Assembly (NCBI GenBank): GCA_024638655.1
Contig: JAHEJW010000001.1
Coordinates: 18,043-82,042, forward strand
DNA length: 64,000 nt
DNA from: a bacterium
GTDB taxonomy: Bacteria > Actinomycetota > Acidimicrobiia > Spongiisociales > ZC4RG35
Direction of reading: 5' to 3'
Position numbers and translations under genes: made by a program. The notes beneath the pieces are model-generated. The model made no database searches. It was not told the DNA's origin and saw only the letters and a list, made by a program, of their open reading frames with translations. This document shows, in pieces, positions 10,423 through 20,332 of this stretch (within the stretch, counting starts at the first letter, position 1; each line of letters starts with the position of its first letter).

Positions 10423-11439
10423 ATGACCGGATATTCGGCCTGGAGTCGGCTCGACGGCGCTCTTGGGGACGCTATCCCCGAAGCAGAGACTTACGTTCTG
10501 GTCCTCTTCGACGGGCTGGGCGTCGCGCAGCTGGAGCATGACCAAGCAAGATCCATCGCTGTCGCCTTGGCCGGCCAAATCGAAGCGCCATTCCCGACCA
10601 CAACGAGCGTCTCACTCTCCACCGTCGCCACCGGGCTGCCTCCGTCCCAACATGGTCAGGTCGCCCATCTCACGTGGATGGAACAACTGAATCAGGTGGT
10701 CAACTGTCTCAAGTGGGTCAATCTCGCCGGCGAGGCCGTCGATCACAACTTTGGCGCCTTACTCCCGCGGCCCAATCTCTGGGAGCGCCTGAGAGCTTCG
10801 AATGTGGAGCCAATCACCGTTCAACCAGGCGACTTCTCCGGTTCTCCCCTCACCCGTGTCCTCTACCGGGGTGCCAGGTTCGAAGGAGTCTGGGACACCG
10901 AAGAGATGATCAGGGCGACCACCCAGCTCGCCCGCGAGCCGGCGAGATTCATATTCACCTATCTCCCTCACGTCGATTTCGCCGGTCATGTGTACGGCCT
11001 GGGCAGTGAGGAATTCGCCGATGCCATGAAGGTGGCCGTTCATGTCTGGGAGGGCATCGCTGCCGCCCTTCCCCCCACCGCGGCCCTCCTCGGGACCGCC
11101 GACCATGGCCTCGTCGAATTCGCCGAGCGCAACAAGGTGATCGTGCGCGATCCGCGATTCGACGATCTCCGCTTCGCCGGTGATCCCCGCGGAGTGCACA
11201 TGTGGGCCGGGGACGAGATCATCGACGCCTTTGTCGCCGAGACCGGTGGCGAATCGACCGACCCGTCCCGGTTCATTGGGCCCTACCCGACCAAGACCGC
11301 CCTTTCCCGGCTGGGCCGACGTCTGATCCTGGCACCTCCGAACAAGGTCATCCTCCCCAAGGGCTTCGACAAGCGCCTCCGCTCCTACCACGGTGGCCTG
11401 GCGGCCGAAGAGGTCCAGATCCCGTTGCTGGTTGGTTGA
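10423..11439 (+). CDS. alkaline phosphatase-superfamily protein (type I phosphodiesterase / nucleotide pyrophosphatase-like)
   Basis: LVLFDGLG, TTSVSLSTVATG..PSQHG, FTYLPHVDFAGH and C-terminal YHGGL..EEVQIPL resemble metal-ligand motifs of the AlkP core. Start at ATG 10423 with GGAG 6 nt upstream. The 560-aa track ORF from 9757 overlaps nuoA/B antisense and is rejected. Confidence 0.65.
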   Translation: MTGYSAWSRLDGALGDAIPEAETYVLVLFDGLGVAQLEHDQARSIAVALAGQIEAPFPTTTSVSLSTVATGLPPSQHGQVAHLTWMEQLNQVVNCLKWVNLAGEAVDHNFGALLPRPNLWERLRASNVEPITVQPGDFSGSPLTRVLYRGARFEGVWDTEEMIRATTQLAREPARFIFTYLPHVDFAGHVYGLGSEEFADAMKVAVHVWEGIAAALPPTAALLGTADHGLVEFAERNKVIVRDPRFDDLRFAGDPRGVHMWAGDEIIDAFVAETGGESTDPSRFIGPYPTKTALSRLGRRLILAPPNKVILPKGFDKRLRSYHGGLAAEEVQIPLLVG

Positions 11440-11542
11440 CATCGTTCTGCATTTCGTCCATCCGGGCGGGAAGCCGTAAACTCTCGCTTCGACAGCCAGT
11501 CCCGCCACGTCCGGTGGCAAACATCCTCAAGGGAGCAGCATC

Positions 11543-13498
11543 TTGGACTCTCAAGCCCTTCGCGAAAGCCTGAATCGACTTGCCTCGAATCATCGCTGGA
11601 CCTATTCGAAGTCGTGCCGCGCCTTGCTCGACTCGCTTCCAGGGGCTGCTCCGGGGAGACACCCCGTCCAGGTGGTCGGAGGGCTGGCTCAGTATCAGTT
11701 GGATGAGCTTCTCGGAGACGATCTGGTCATCGATCGGGTACGTCAAGAGACACAGGTGCTCGATACCGTGCTGGATAGCGTTGAAGGCGATCCTCGAATC
11801 GCCTACTGCTCACCCGAGTTCGGGCTAGCGGATGCCATCGCTCAATATGCCGGCGGCCTGGGCATTCTCGCCGGGGACCACTTGAAGACGGCGAGCGACC
11901 TCCATATCCCACTGGCCGGTGTCGGTCTCTTCTACCGATATGGCGTCTTCCGCCAACGACTTCAGAGTGACCACCAAACAGAGACCTATGAGACGGCCGA
12001 TCCCACCGAATACGGTGCGATCGACACGGGAGTCACCGTGGAAGTGCCATTCCCTGGCCGGGAAGTGAAGGTCAAGGTTTGGCGTCTCGACGTCGGACGA
12101 GTTCCACTGATCTTGTTGGACACCAACGTGGAGGCGAACTCGAAGCACGACCGTGACATAACCGACCGGCTGTACATCGGTTTCACGGACCATCGCGTCG
12201 AGCAGGAGATGATTCTGGGTGTTGGTGGGGCGCGCGCCCTCGCCGCTCTCGGATGGCCGATCGAGGTGCATCATCTCAACGAAGGTCACGCCGGTTTCAT
12301 CACCCTCGAGCTGATCGACAGGGCTCTGGACGGCGACGACCTCGAAGCGGCCGTCGAGTCGGTGCGGGAAGGCCTGGTCTTCACGACGCACACTCCCGTC
12401 CCTGCGGGGATAGATCGTTTCGAACACGGGCTGATAACCCCGTATCTGCAGGTTTGGGCGGAGCGCTGGGGCATCCCCGTTGAGAACCTGCTGGCGCTCG
12501 GACATGACGCCGAACACCCCGGCAAGTTCAACATGGCTGCACTTTGTCTTCGCACCGCAGGCGCGGCGAACGGTGTCTCCGAGCTCCATGGCGAAGTCAG
12601 CCGCCAGCTCTTCGCCGGCGTCGGCCGGGGAGACGACATCGGCCATGTCACCAACGGCGTCCACGCCAGAACCTGGACCGCTGATCATGTTCAGGAGCTC
12701 TTCGATGACGTTCTCGGAGAAACCTGGGCCGACGGCGACCCCGACGCGTGGGAGCGGGTTGGCAACATCACGCTCGAGCGTCTCGAGGTGAGCAGGCAAA
12801 TCTCGTCCAGGATCCTGGCCGGTCTAGTGGAAGAGACGACCGGACATGAGCTCGACCCTGAGGCACTCGTCGTCGGATTCGCCCGCCGCTTCGCCCCATA
12901 CAAACGGGCGACTCTCTTCATGAGGGATCGGGAGCGACTGAGTCGACTGCTGGCCAGCGACGAGAGACCGGTTCATTTCATATTCGCAGGCAAGGCTCAC
13001 CCTTCCGACGAGCTCGGTAAATCGCTCGTCTCCGAGGTGCTGTCATTCTCCCGCTCCGAGGAGGCAAATGGTCGACTCACCTTCATCCCCGACTACAGCA
13101 TTCGAATCGCCCACGCCATGGTGCAGGGTTGCGACGTCTGGTTGAACAACCCGATCCGACCCCGAGAGGCGTCGGGCACGAGCGGTGAGAAGGCGGTCCT
13201 GAACGGAGGGCTGAACTGCTCGATTCTCGACGGTTGGTGGGCCGAGATGTTCGACGGCCAGAACGGCTGGGAGATCGCTGCCAGCGACGCAGAGGAGCCG
13301 GAGACGAGGGATGACGAGGAGGCCGCGTCAGTGCTCGGCACCCTCGAGGCCGTGATCGAGGAGTATCACGCGGCCCGTTTCGTGTTCAATGGCCGGATCA
13401 GACATGCCTGGCAGATGCTAGGACCCAGGGTCACCGCTGCCCGGATGTTGCGGGAGTACGCGGAGCGCTACTACCAGCCGATCCTTGAACGGCCCTAA
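11543..13498 (+). CDS. glgP: alpha-glucan phosphorylase (GT35 family)
   Basis: GGLGILAGDHLKTASDLHIPLAGVGLFYRYGVF matches the alpha-glucan phosphorylase signature. 651 aa. N-terminal start uncertain. Confidence 0.7.
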   Translation: MDSQALRESLNRLASNHRWTYSKSCRALLDSLPGAAPGRHPVQVVGGLAQYQLDELLGDDLVIDRVRQETQVLDTVLDSVEGDPRIAYCSPEFGLADAIAQYAGGLGILAGDHLKTASDLHIPLAGVGLFYRYGVFRQRLQSDHQTETYETADPTEYGAIDTGVTVEVPFPGREVKVKVWRLDVGRVPLILLDTNVEANSKHDRDITDRLYIGFTDHRVEQEMILGVGGARALAALGWPIEVHHLNEGHAGFITLELIDRALDGDDLEAAVESVREGLVFTTHTPVPAGIDRFEHGLITPYLQVWAERWGIPVENLLALGHDAEHPGKFNMAALCLRTAGAANGVSELHGEVSRQLFAGVGRGDDIGHVTNGVHARTWTADHVQELFDDVLGETWADGDPDAWERVGNITLERLEVSRQISSRILAGLVEETTGHELDPEALVVGFARRFAPYKRATLFMRDRERLSRLLASDERPVHFIFAGKAHPSDELGKSLVSEVLSFSRSEEANGRLTFIPDYSIRIAHAMVQGCDVWLNNPIRPREASGTSGEKAVLNGGLNCSILDGWWAEMFDGQNGWEIAASDAEEPETRDDEEAASVLGTLEAVIEEYHAARFVFNGRIRHAWQMLGPRVTAARMLREYAERYYQPILERP

Positions 13499-16400
13499 TC
13501 GACTATTTCGAGAATCCCCTGTAGTGGGATCTCCACCCAGTCGGGCCTGTTGTTGAGCTCGTACTCCAACTCGTAGGCCGCCTTCTCCACGATCAAACCG
13601 TCGAGAAGCCGGCGGATGTGCTTCTTCTCGAGCGGGACGATTCTGGACCCTGCGACCGTGTCGAGGTAACCCTCGAGATAGGAGGCCGAGATCCAGCGAT
13701 GCATGGCATGCGCCCATCCGGTCAGGTCGGCTCTCGAGTCATCGTCCAGGCCCGACTCGAGGACCAACTGAAGCGCCATCACTATCGCGTAGTGGTAGGA
13801 ACGGATCATTCCCGCCACGTCGCGAAGGCCGAGCCTCTTTAGGCGACGCTGCGACAGGGGGCGTTGAGGTTCGCCTTCGAAGTCGATGATGTAGAAGTCG
13901 CGACCGGTGTGGAGCACTTGGCCGAGGTGGAGGTCACCGTGTATCCGAATGCGGTCGCAGTCGACCTTCTCCTCGGTTATCTCCTGGAGCTGGCCCAGCA
14001 GTCCGCTCTCGGACTCGATCAGGCGCCCGACCGCTTCGGAGTCCTCCTCCCGGAGTTGGTTCCGCTGACGGCGCAGCAAGGCAATCGAACTGCGGACCGT
14101 CGTCCGGATCCCCTGGTACAGGGACCGCAACTGAAGGGTCGACATTGGCTCGGGGGAGAAAGCCTTGTCGGTGATCGCTGCCAGAGCCAGGTGCATCTCC
14201 GCGGTTCTCACTCCGAGAAGTGAGGCGTCCACCAGCATGGGCCCAAACAGCTCACGCGCCCTCTCGAGCTCGGTCTTGGTGACGTCGAGGGGGTGGCGGA
14301 TACGTGGTGGCGACCCCAGTTCAGCCCTTCTGGCGAGGATCGACTCCAGGGCTAGGACGGCTGCGTCATGCGTCAGATCGAAGGCATTGGTCTGAGCCGG
14401 CACGAATTCCTGGACGAGAGCGAACGCCGACTCGGCTCCGTCGAGCTCCGCGGTCAATACACCGAGGACAGCGGGCGTGTGTTCGAACCCACTCCGCTCG
14501 GTGAGCGCCCTGCCTATCTCCACATCGGGGTTGATGCCGAACTCGACCTTCCTGAAGATCTTCATGATCAGGCTCTCGTCGAAAACCACCGAGGTGTTCG
14601 ATTGCTCGAGACCGATTGGGGAGACCGCCATTTCGGAAGCGCCCTCGGCGAGCTTCTTCGACTGTGGTACACGCTCGGAGGAGATCGTTACGGCTCTGCC
14701 ACGTGCCCTTCGGCGACCGGCAGCCATGGACAGGAGCGCTCGCGGAAGATCCTGCTGGAACATCGCATCGACCAGGACAGCCGTCTCGCCCAATCCATGG
14801 ATCTCGGCGATTATCGCCTCGGGGACCTCGTCGATGAACCGGTCGGCTTCTGTTCCTGCGAGTGCATCCACCGGCATGGCGTACACCTCGGGCTCCCCCT
14901 CAACGTAGTCGACGCGAAGAAGTGCGATCTTCGCGGTCACCCCCGGCACATCGGCGATGTCGATGATTCCGGAGTCACGGATCCTGCGGGCTTTGCTTCG
15001 GAACCATCGCCTCGACTCGATGTCGGCGACCAGTGCCCTCTGCAGCTGCGTCCTCGCCCTGTAGACACCTTCCAGCTCACCCCGCAAGGTGATCTTGGGA
15101 CGCCCACCGGGGGCCGCGACACGTTCTCGGGCCTCGAGGGCGAACCAGTACAGATCGTGAGGCCCCGCGGTCATTATGTAGGGGCTCTCCCCGATCTCGG
15201 GGAATCTGGCATGTCCGAATAGCTCGACGGGAGTCGAGCCGGCGAAGTCGGAGAGGTCGATCGAGACGGGCTGGGGGTGGCGCGACAAGTTGGCCACCAC
15301 CAACACATGCTCGTCCTCGAGCGACCGCATGAAAGTCAGGACCTTCGGGTTGTCGCTCGACACCACATGGAACTCCCCTCGCGAAAGCACCGGGGAGCTC
15401 TTGCGAGCGGCGAGGGCACGCTTCATCCACCACCACAACGAGTTCGGGTTGCCCTGCTGGACCTCGACGTTGACCGCCGTGTAGTGGTACTCGGGGTCGG
15501 TGACGATCGGGAAATAGAGACTCTGTGGATTGGCCTCCGAGAAACCGGCATTTCGGTCCCCGGACCATTGCATCGGCGTGCGCACCCCGTTTCGATCGCC
15601 GAGGAAGACATTGTCTCCCATGCCGATCTCGTCCCCGTAGTACAGCACCGGTGTTCCAGGAAGGGACAGGAGCAGTCCAGTCATCAGCTCGATCTCGCGG
15701 CGATCGTTGCCGAGCAGTGGAGCCAGCCTCCTTCTGATGCCCATGTTGATGCGCGCCCTGGGGTCGGATGCGTACACCCGGTACATGTAGTCCCGCTCCT
15801 CGTCGGTGACCATCTCGAGGGTCAGCTCGTCATGGTTCCGCAGGAACATCGCCCAGGCTGCCGTCTCGGGAATCGGGGGCGTTTGGTCGAGGATGTCGAT
15901 GATCGGGAACCGGTTCTCCAGGCGAAGGGCCATGAAGAGCCTCGGCATGACCGGGAAGTGGAAGGCAACGTGGCACTCGTCGCCGTCACCGAAGTAGGCG
16001 ACTGCATCCTCGGGCCATTGATTGGCCTCGGCCAGGAGCATCCGGTCGTCGTACCGCTCGTCGACCCTGGCCCTCAGCTCTTTGAGGAACTGGTGGGTTT
16101 CTGGAAGGTTCTCGCACATGGTGCCGTCCCGCTCATACAGGTAGGGGACGGCGTCCAGCCGAAGCCCATCGACGCCCATGTCGAGCCAGAACTCCAGGGC
16201 ATCGAAGACGGCCTCGTGCACCTCCGGGTTCTCGAAGTTGAGATCGGGTTGGTGGGAGAAGAACCGGTGCCAGTAATAGGCCTTGGCGACCGGGTCCCAA
16301 GTCCAGTTGGATTCCTCGGTGTCCTGGAAGATGATCCGGGCGTCTTTGTAGCGCTCGGTCGTGTCAGACCACACGTAGAAGTCTCGTTCGCGACTGCCCT

Positions 16401-16770
16401 CAGGCGACCTCCTCGCCCTTTGGAACCAGGGGTGCTGGTCGGAGGTGTGGTTGATGACCAATTCGGTTATCACCTTCAGCTCGAGTTTGTGGGCCTCCCG
16501 GAGGAATCTCCGGAAGTCCGCCATCGTTCCGTAGGCAGGGTGGATCGACCTGTAGTCCGCGATGTCGTAACCGTCGTCACGGAGTGGGGATGGGTAGAAG
16601 GGCAGAAGCCAAATGGCGGTCACACCGAGATCTCGGAGATAGTCGAGCTTCTTGGTCAGGCCGCGGAAGTCGCCGACTCCGTCGCCGTTGTCGTCGCGAA
16701 ATGCGCGTGCATGCACCTCGTAGATGATGGCGTCGTGATACCAGCCGGCCCGGTCAGACGAAGTAGTCAA
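13495..16770 (-). CDS. treS: trehalose synthase / maltokinase fusion (TreS-Mak)
   Basis: 1091 aa. The N-terminal GH13 trehalose synthase domain has DGVGDFRGL and LLPFYPSP..DDGYDI. The C-terminal ~450 aa look like maltokinase (Pep2/Mak). Confidence 0.85.
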   Translation of the reverse strand: MTTSSDRAGWYHDAIIYEVHARAFRDDNGDGVGDFRGLTKKLDYLRDLGVTAIWLLPFYPSPLRDDGYDIADYRSIHPAYGTMADFRRFLREAHKLELKVITELVINHTSDQHPWFQRARRSPEGSRERDFYVWSDTTERYKDARIIFQDTEESNWTWDPVAKAYYWHRFFSHQPDLNFENPEVHEAVFDALEFWLDMGVDGLRLDAVPYLYERDGTMCENLPETHQFLKELRARVDERYDDRMLLAEANQWPEDAVAYFGDGDECHVAFHFPVMPRLFMALRLENRFPIIDILDQTPPIPETAAWAMFLRNHDELTLEMVTDEERDYMYRVYASDPRARINMGIRRRLAPLLGNDRREIELMTGLLLSLPGTPVLYYGDEIGMGDNVFLGDRNGVRTPMQWSGDRNAGFSEANPQSLYFPIVTDPEYHYTAVNVEVQQGNPNSLWWWMKRALAARKSSPVLSRGEFHVVSSDNPKVLTFMRSLEDEHVLVVANLSRHPQPVSIDLSDFAGSTPVELFGHARFPEIGESPYIMTAGPHDLYWFALEARERVAAPGGRPKITLRGELEGVYRARTQLQRALVADIESRRWFRSKARRIRDSGIIDIADVPGVTAKIALLRVDYVEGEPEVYAMPVDALAGTEADRFIDEVPEAIIAEIHGLGETAVLVDAMFQQDLPRALLSMAAGRRRARGRAVTISSERVPQSKKLAEGASEMAVSPIGLEQSNTSVVFDESLIMKIFRKVEFGINPDVEIGRALTERSGFEHTPAVLGVLTAELDGAESAFALVQEFVPAQTNAFDLTHDAAVLALESILARRAELGSPPRIRHPLDVTKTELERARELFGPMLVDASLLGVRTAEMHLALAAITDKAFSPEPMSTLQLRSLYQGIRTTVRSSIALLRRQRNQLREEDSEAVGRLIESESGLLGQLQEITEEKVDCDRIRIHGDLHLGQVLHTGRDFYIIDFEGEPQRPLSQRRLKRLGLRDVAGMIRSYHYAIVMALQLVLESGLDDDSRADLTGWAHAMHRWISASYLEGYLDTVAGSRIVPLEKKHIRRLLDGLIVEKAAYELEYELNNRPDWVEIPLQGILEIVD

Positions 16771-18739
16771 AGCTCTCCTCGGATCGGACTCTCTCCCTCA
16801 CCCGAAAGACGTGGGCAGGGATCCCCCCTGGGTCGAGCTGGACGAAGTTGCGAGGGCCCTCCCATATGTATCGCCGGTCGGTCAGTAGATCGTGGACCTG
16901 GAACTGATGGTCGGAGTCGATGCCCAGGGCCTGAGTGTCGAGATCCAACCAACTCGATTGGACGTGATGTGAATCGAGGTTGACCACGACCAGGATCGAA
17001 TCGTCGTGACGGGTCCTCGAGTAGCAGAGGATTGCCTCGTTGTCGGTGCCGTGGAACACCAACCCGCCATTGCGCTGCAGGGCCGGGTGGTTCGTCCTGG
17101 CACGGTTCACCTGCCTGATCAATGGAGCCAGTGACGTCGGGTGGTCGAGGTCCCAGTCGCGGATCTGGTACTTCTCGGAGTTGAGGTACTCCTCCGAGCC
17201 CTGCCGCAGAGGCAGGTTTTCGGTCAATTCGTAGGCCGGGCCGTAGATCCCGCAGCTCGCGCTCAAGGTCGCCGCAAGGACGTAGCGCGTGATGAACGCC
17301 GCCCTTCCCCCCGTCTGGAGCTGCTCGGTGAGTATGTCGGGCGTGTTCGGCCAGAAGTTGGGGCGGAAGAACGTGTCGACCTCAGCCAGGTCACTCATGT
17401 ACTCGATGATCTCAGAGCGGGAATTGCGCCAGGCGAAGTAGGTGTACGACTGGTTGAAGCCGACCTTGCCCAGGCGGTGCATCACCTTCGGGCGTGTGAA
17501 CGCCTCGGCGAGCAGGATCACGTCCGGATGCTCATCACGGATCTCGGCGATCACCCACTCCCAGAACGGGAATGACTTGGTATGAGGATTGTCCACCCTG
17601 AAGATCCGAATCCCCTCCCCAATCCAATGGTCGAAGACCCCTTTCAAGGCCAGCCACAAGCCCTCCGGATCGTCTGTCTCGAAATCGATGGGATAGATGT
17701 CCTGGTACTTCTTCGGTGGGTTCTCGGCATACTGGATCGTCCCGTCCGGACGCTGCTTGAACCATTGAGGATGCTCCTTGGCCCACGGGTGATCCGGCGA
17801 GCACTGAAAAGCGACGTCGAGAGCCAGCTCGAGGCCTTGAGCATGCGCAGCGTCTCTCAGCGAGCGGAATTCCTCGATAGTGCCGAGCTCGGGGTTGATG
17901 GCCGTGTGGCCACCTTCTCCGGAGCCAATCGCCCAGGGAACCCCGGGGTCCTCGGGTCCCGCGTCCAAGGTGTTGTTGGGCCCCTTGCGATAGGTCTCGC
18001 CTATCGGGTGGACAGGAGGTAGGTAGAGGACGTCGAAGCCCATATCGGTGACATAAGGCAGGGCTCGCTCCACGTCGCCAAAGGTCCCGTGGCGACCCGG
18101 ATCGGAAGACCAGGAGCGGGGAAACAGCTCGTACCATGTCGAGAAGACCGCCTTTTCCCGATCAACCACGATCTCCCAAATGCCTTCGGAGAAAGTCTCA
18201 TTGGATCGATCGGGGTGGGAGCTCATCAGTTCATCGAGGTCGGGGCCAAGAGCAAGCTGCGATCTCTCTGAGACCGGTTTCCCTGAGTCGGAGAGGCTGC
18301 CGGCCAGGACACGCAGGGCTTTTGCAGCCTTGCCCTTGGCGCGCGACACGGCATTCTCCACCAGTTGGCCGCCGATCAGCAGGTCGACGCTCACGTCGAC
18401 ACCGGCTTCGAGCTTCTTGGACAGTCCTTCCCGCCAGGACTGGAAGTGGTCTACCCACCCGCCGACGGTGAACTGCCAGACACCCAGGTCGTCGGGTGTG
18501 AAACGTGCCTGCCAACGGTCGTTGCCGATGAGTGTCATGCCGACCTCGACCCAGGATCGCGTCCCACTACTCCTGTGGCGCAGAACCGCTGTGATGCGAT
18601 CGTGGCCATCGGCGAAGACATCGGCGCTCACTACGACAGCGTCGCCGAGTGTTGACTTGGCGGGGAAGCGCCCACCGTCGACCGAAGGCTCGACCGCCTC
18701 GATCACAACTCTCTTGTTGGTGGCCTTCAGTTTCGCCAT
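16754..18739 (-). CDS. glgE: alpha-1,4-glucan:maltose-1-phosphate maltosyltransferase
   Basis: 661 aa GH13 protein of GlgE length and motif set (RVDNPHTK, LLAEAFTRP), immediately downstream of treS-mak as in GlgE-pathway clusters. Confidence 0.85.
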   Translation of the reverse strand: MAKLKATNKRVVIEAVEPSVDGGRFPAKSTLGDAVVVSADVFADGHDRITAVLRHRSSGTRSWVEVGMTLIGNDRWQARFTPDDLGVWQFTVGGWVDHFQSWREGLSKKLEAGVDVSVDLLIGGQLVENAVSRAKGKAAKALRVLAGSLSDSGKPVSERSQLALGPDLDELMSSHPDRSNETFSEGIWEIVVDREKAVFSTWYELFPRSWSSDPGRHGTFGDVERALPYVTDMGFDVLYLPPVHPIGETYRKGPNNTLDAGPEDPGVPWAIGSGEGGHTAINPELGTIEEFRSLRDAAHAQGLELALDVAFQCSPDHPWAKEHPQWFKQRPDGTIQYAENPPKKYQDIYPIDFETDDPEGLWLALKGVFDHWIGEGIRIFRVDNPHTKSFPFWEWVIAEIRDEHPDVILLAEAFTRPKVMHRLGKVGFNQSYTYFAWRNSRSEIIEYMSDLAEVDTFFRPNFWPNTPDILTEQLQTGGRAAFITRYVLAATLSASCGIYGPAYELTENLPLRQGSEEYLNSEKYQIRDWDLDHPTSLAPLIRQVNRARTNHPALQRNGGLVFHGTDNEAILCYSRTRHDDSILVVVNLDSHHVQSSWLDLDTQALGIDSDHQFQVHDLLTDRRYIWEGPRNFVQLDPGGIPAHVFRVRERVRSEESFDYFV

Positions 18740-18775
18740 GAATCGTCGAATCTAATGGTGAGGTCGGCCCGGGCC

Positions 18776-20278
18776 TCAGCGAGCGATGAATGGAGCGACT
18801 TCGGCGAGGTAGATGTCGCGCCCGGTTCTCACCCCATCGTTGGAGCGAGCCTCGTCGAGCATGTCGAGGAAGCCGGGCTCGGGGTCGACACGAAGGGCCT
18901 TTCGGGACAGGCTGATGACACGTCCGGCGTGTCTCAGAACGAGAATCGCTTCGATCCGTCCGAGATCATCGAAGAACCAACCACACGAGGTGTACATCAA
19001 CATCGCCCTATGTTGGATCTCGAGCAGGTCAAGCGCACGTTGTCTCTGCTCATCCGGCAGACGACCCGCACCATGTCGCTCCAAGAAGTCGTCTTGTGAT
19101 CCTCCAAGCAGCACCTCGATGTACTCGTCACGGGCTTTCCAAGGGTCGTCCAGATACTCACCAGCAGACTCCTCGAAACGCCAGGTAAGCTGGTCGCGGA
19201 GCCAGTCGAGGGCTTCACGTAGAGGCTTTCTCCAGGCCTGGCCCCATCCGGCGTTTGCTCCCGTAGAACATCCGCAGTCTGCCCTCCACCTCTCCACACC
19301 GTGGGCACAGCTCCACGAGCTGTCCTCGATGATCCTGACCTCGACGTCGGCCGGGTGAAGTGATAGGAACTCTGCGTAGTTGGTCAGAGTCACATCGACG
19401 TCGGAGTCGATCTCGACTATGGCAGTGGCGAGAGCCATCTCGCCGAACCGGTGATGGTGTCCGTAGGTCTCGCCGTCGGTGGCGACATGTGAAAGCAACG
19501 GTGCGTCTTCGGGCTCACCCAGTGCCTGTACCAGACGCTTCGCCATGAGCTTGCCGTCCTCGAGGATCCCATCGAAGGCGATCTCCTGGGAGAGCGGCCC
19601 GTTGTAGAAGAAGACTGCGATGGACCTGCCGTGCCCCAGCTCGACTCGATAAGGGCGACGGGGATCCACACTCCCGCCGCTCGCCTCGATCCAGTCGCCA
19701 TCGGAGCCCCTCACGGACCCGGCTTGGTATGGGGAAAGGACAGTGAACAGGATCCCCTCTCCAGCGAGGATCTCCAATGTCTCCGTGTCGACGGCTGTTT
19801 CCGGTAGCCACATGCCCTCGGGACGCCTTCCGAATCGATGTTCGAAATCGGCGATTCCCCAACGGACCTGGGTGACCTTGTCGCGCGCGTTGGAGAGCGG
19901 GAGGATCGTGTGGTTGTAGCTGTGCGCCAAGGCAGACCCATGGCCCCCGAACCTGGCGACTGATCGCTCGTCTGCTACCTGGATCGCCCGGTAGGTGTCC
20001 ATCGCGTTGTCTTCGAGCCAGCTCAGCAGGGTGGGCCCGAAGTCGAAGCTGATCCATTCATATGTATTCAGTTCGCGTGCGGGCTCGCCGTTCTGGTCGA
20101 GGATGCGGGCGTGGGCGTTGGCTCGATAGCACTCCTCGGTGATCCGCACGTTCCAGTTCGGGTAGGGGGCAGCTGAGGGCTGGTCTGGGACCTTGCCCGT
20201 GAACGGGTTCTCTCGAGGCGGCTGATAGAAATGCCCGTGGATGCAGACGTAGTTCCGAGTCGACAATGCAAAGGGCAA
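18776..20278 (-). CDS. glycoside hydrolase family 57 protein (possible alpha-glucan branching/processing enzyme)
   Basis: Classical GH57 N-terminus CIHGHFYQPPRENP and a GH57-sized catalytic domain, lying between glgE and glgB. Confidence 0.8.
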   Translation of the reverse strand: MPFALSTRNYVCIHGHFYQPPRENPFTGKVPDQPSAAPYPNWNVRITEECYRANAHARILDQNGEPARELNTYEWISFDFGPTLLSWLEDNAMDTYRAIQVADERSVARFGGHGSALAHSYNHTILPLSNARDKVTQVRWGIADFEHRFGRRPEGMWLPETAVDTETLEILAGEGILFTVLSPYQAGSVRGSDGDWIEASGGSVDPRRPYRVELGHGRSIAVFFYNGPLSQEIAFDGILEDGKLMAKRLVQALGEPEDAPLLSHVATDGETYGHHHRFGEMALATAIVEIDSDVDVTLTNYAEFLSLHPADVEVRIIEDSSWSCAHGVERWRADCGCSTGANAGWGQAWRKPLREALDWLRDQLTWRFEESAGEYLDDPWKARDEYIEVLLGGSQDDFLERHGAGRLPDEQRQRALDLLEIQHRAMLMYTSCGWFFDDLGRIEAILVLRHAGRVISLSRKALRVDPEPGFLDMLDEARSNDGVRTGRDIYLAEVAPFIAR

Positions 20279-20332
20279 CTTAGGCGGACAGCCGGTCTTA
20301 AAGGGGTATCCAGGCCCCCTTCGGGCGGGTGA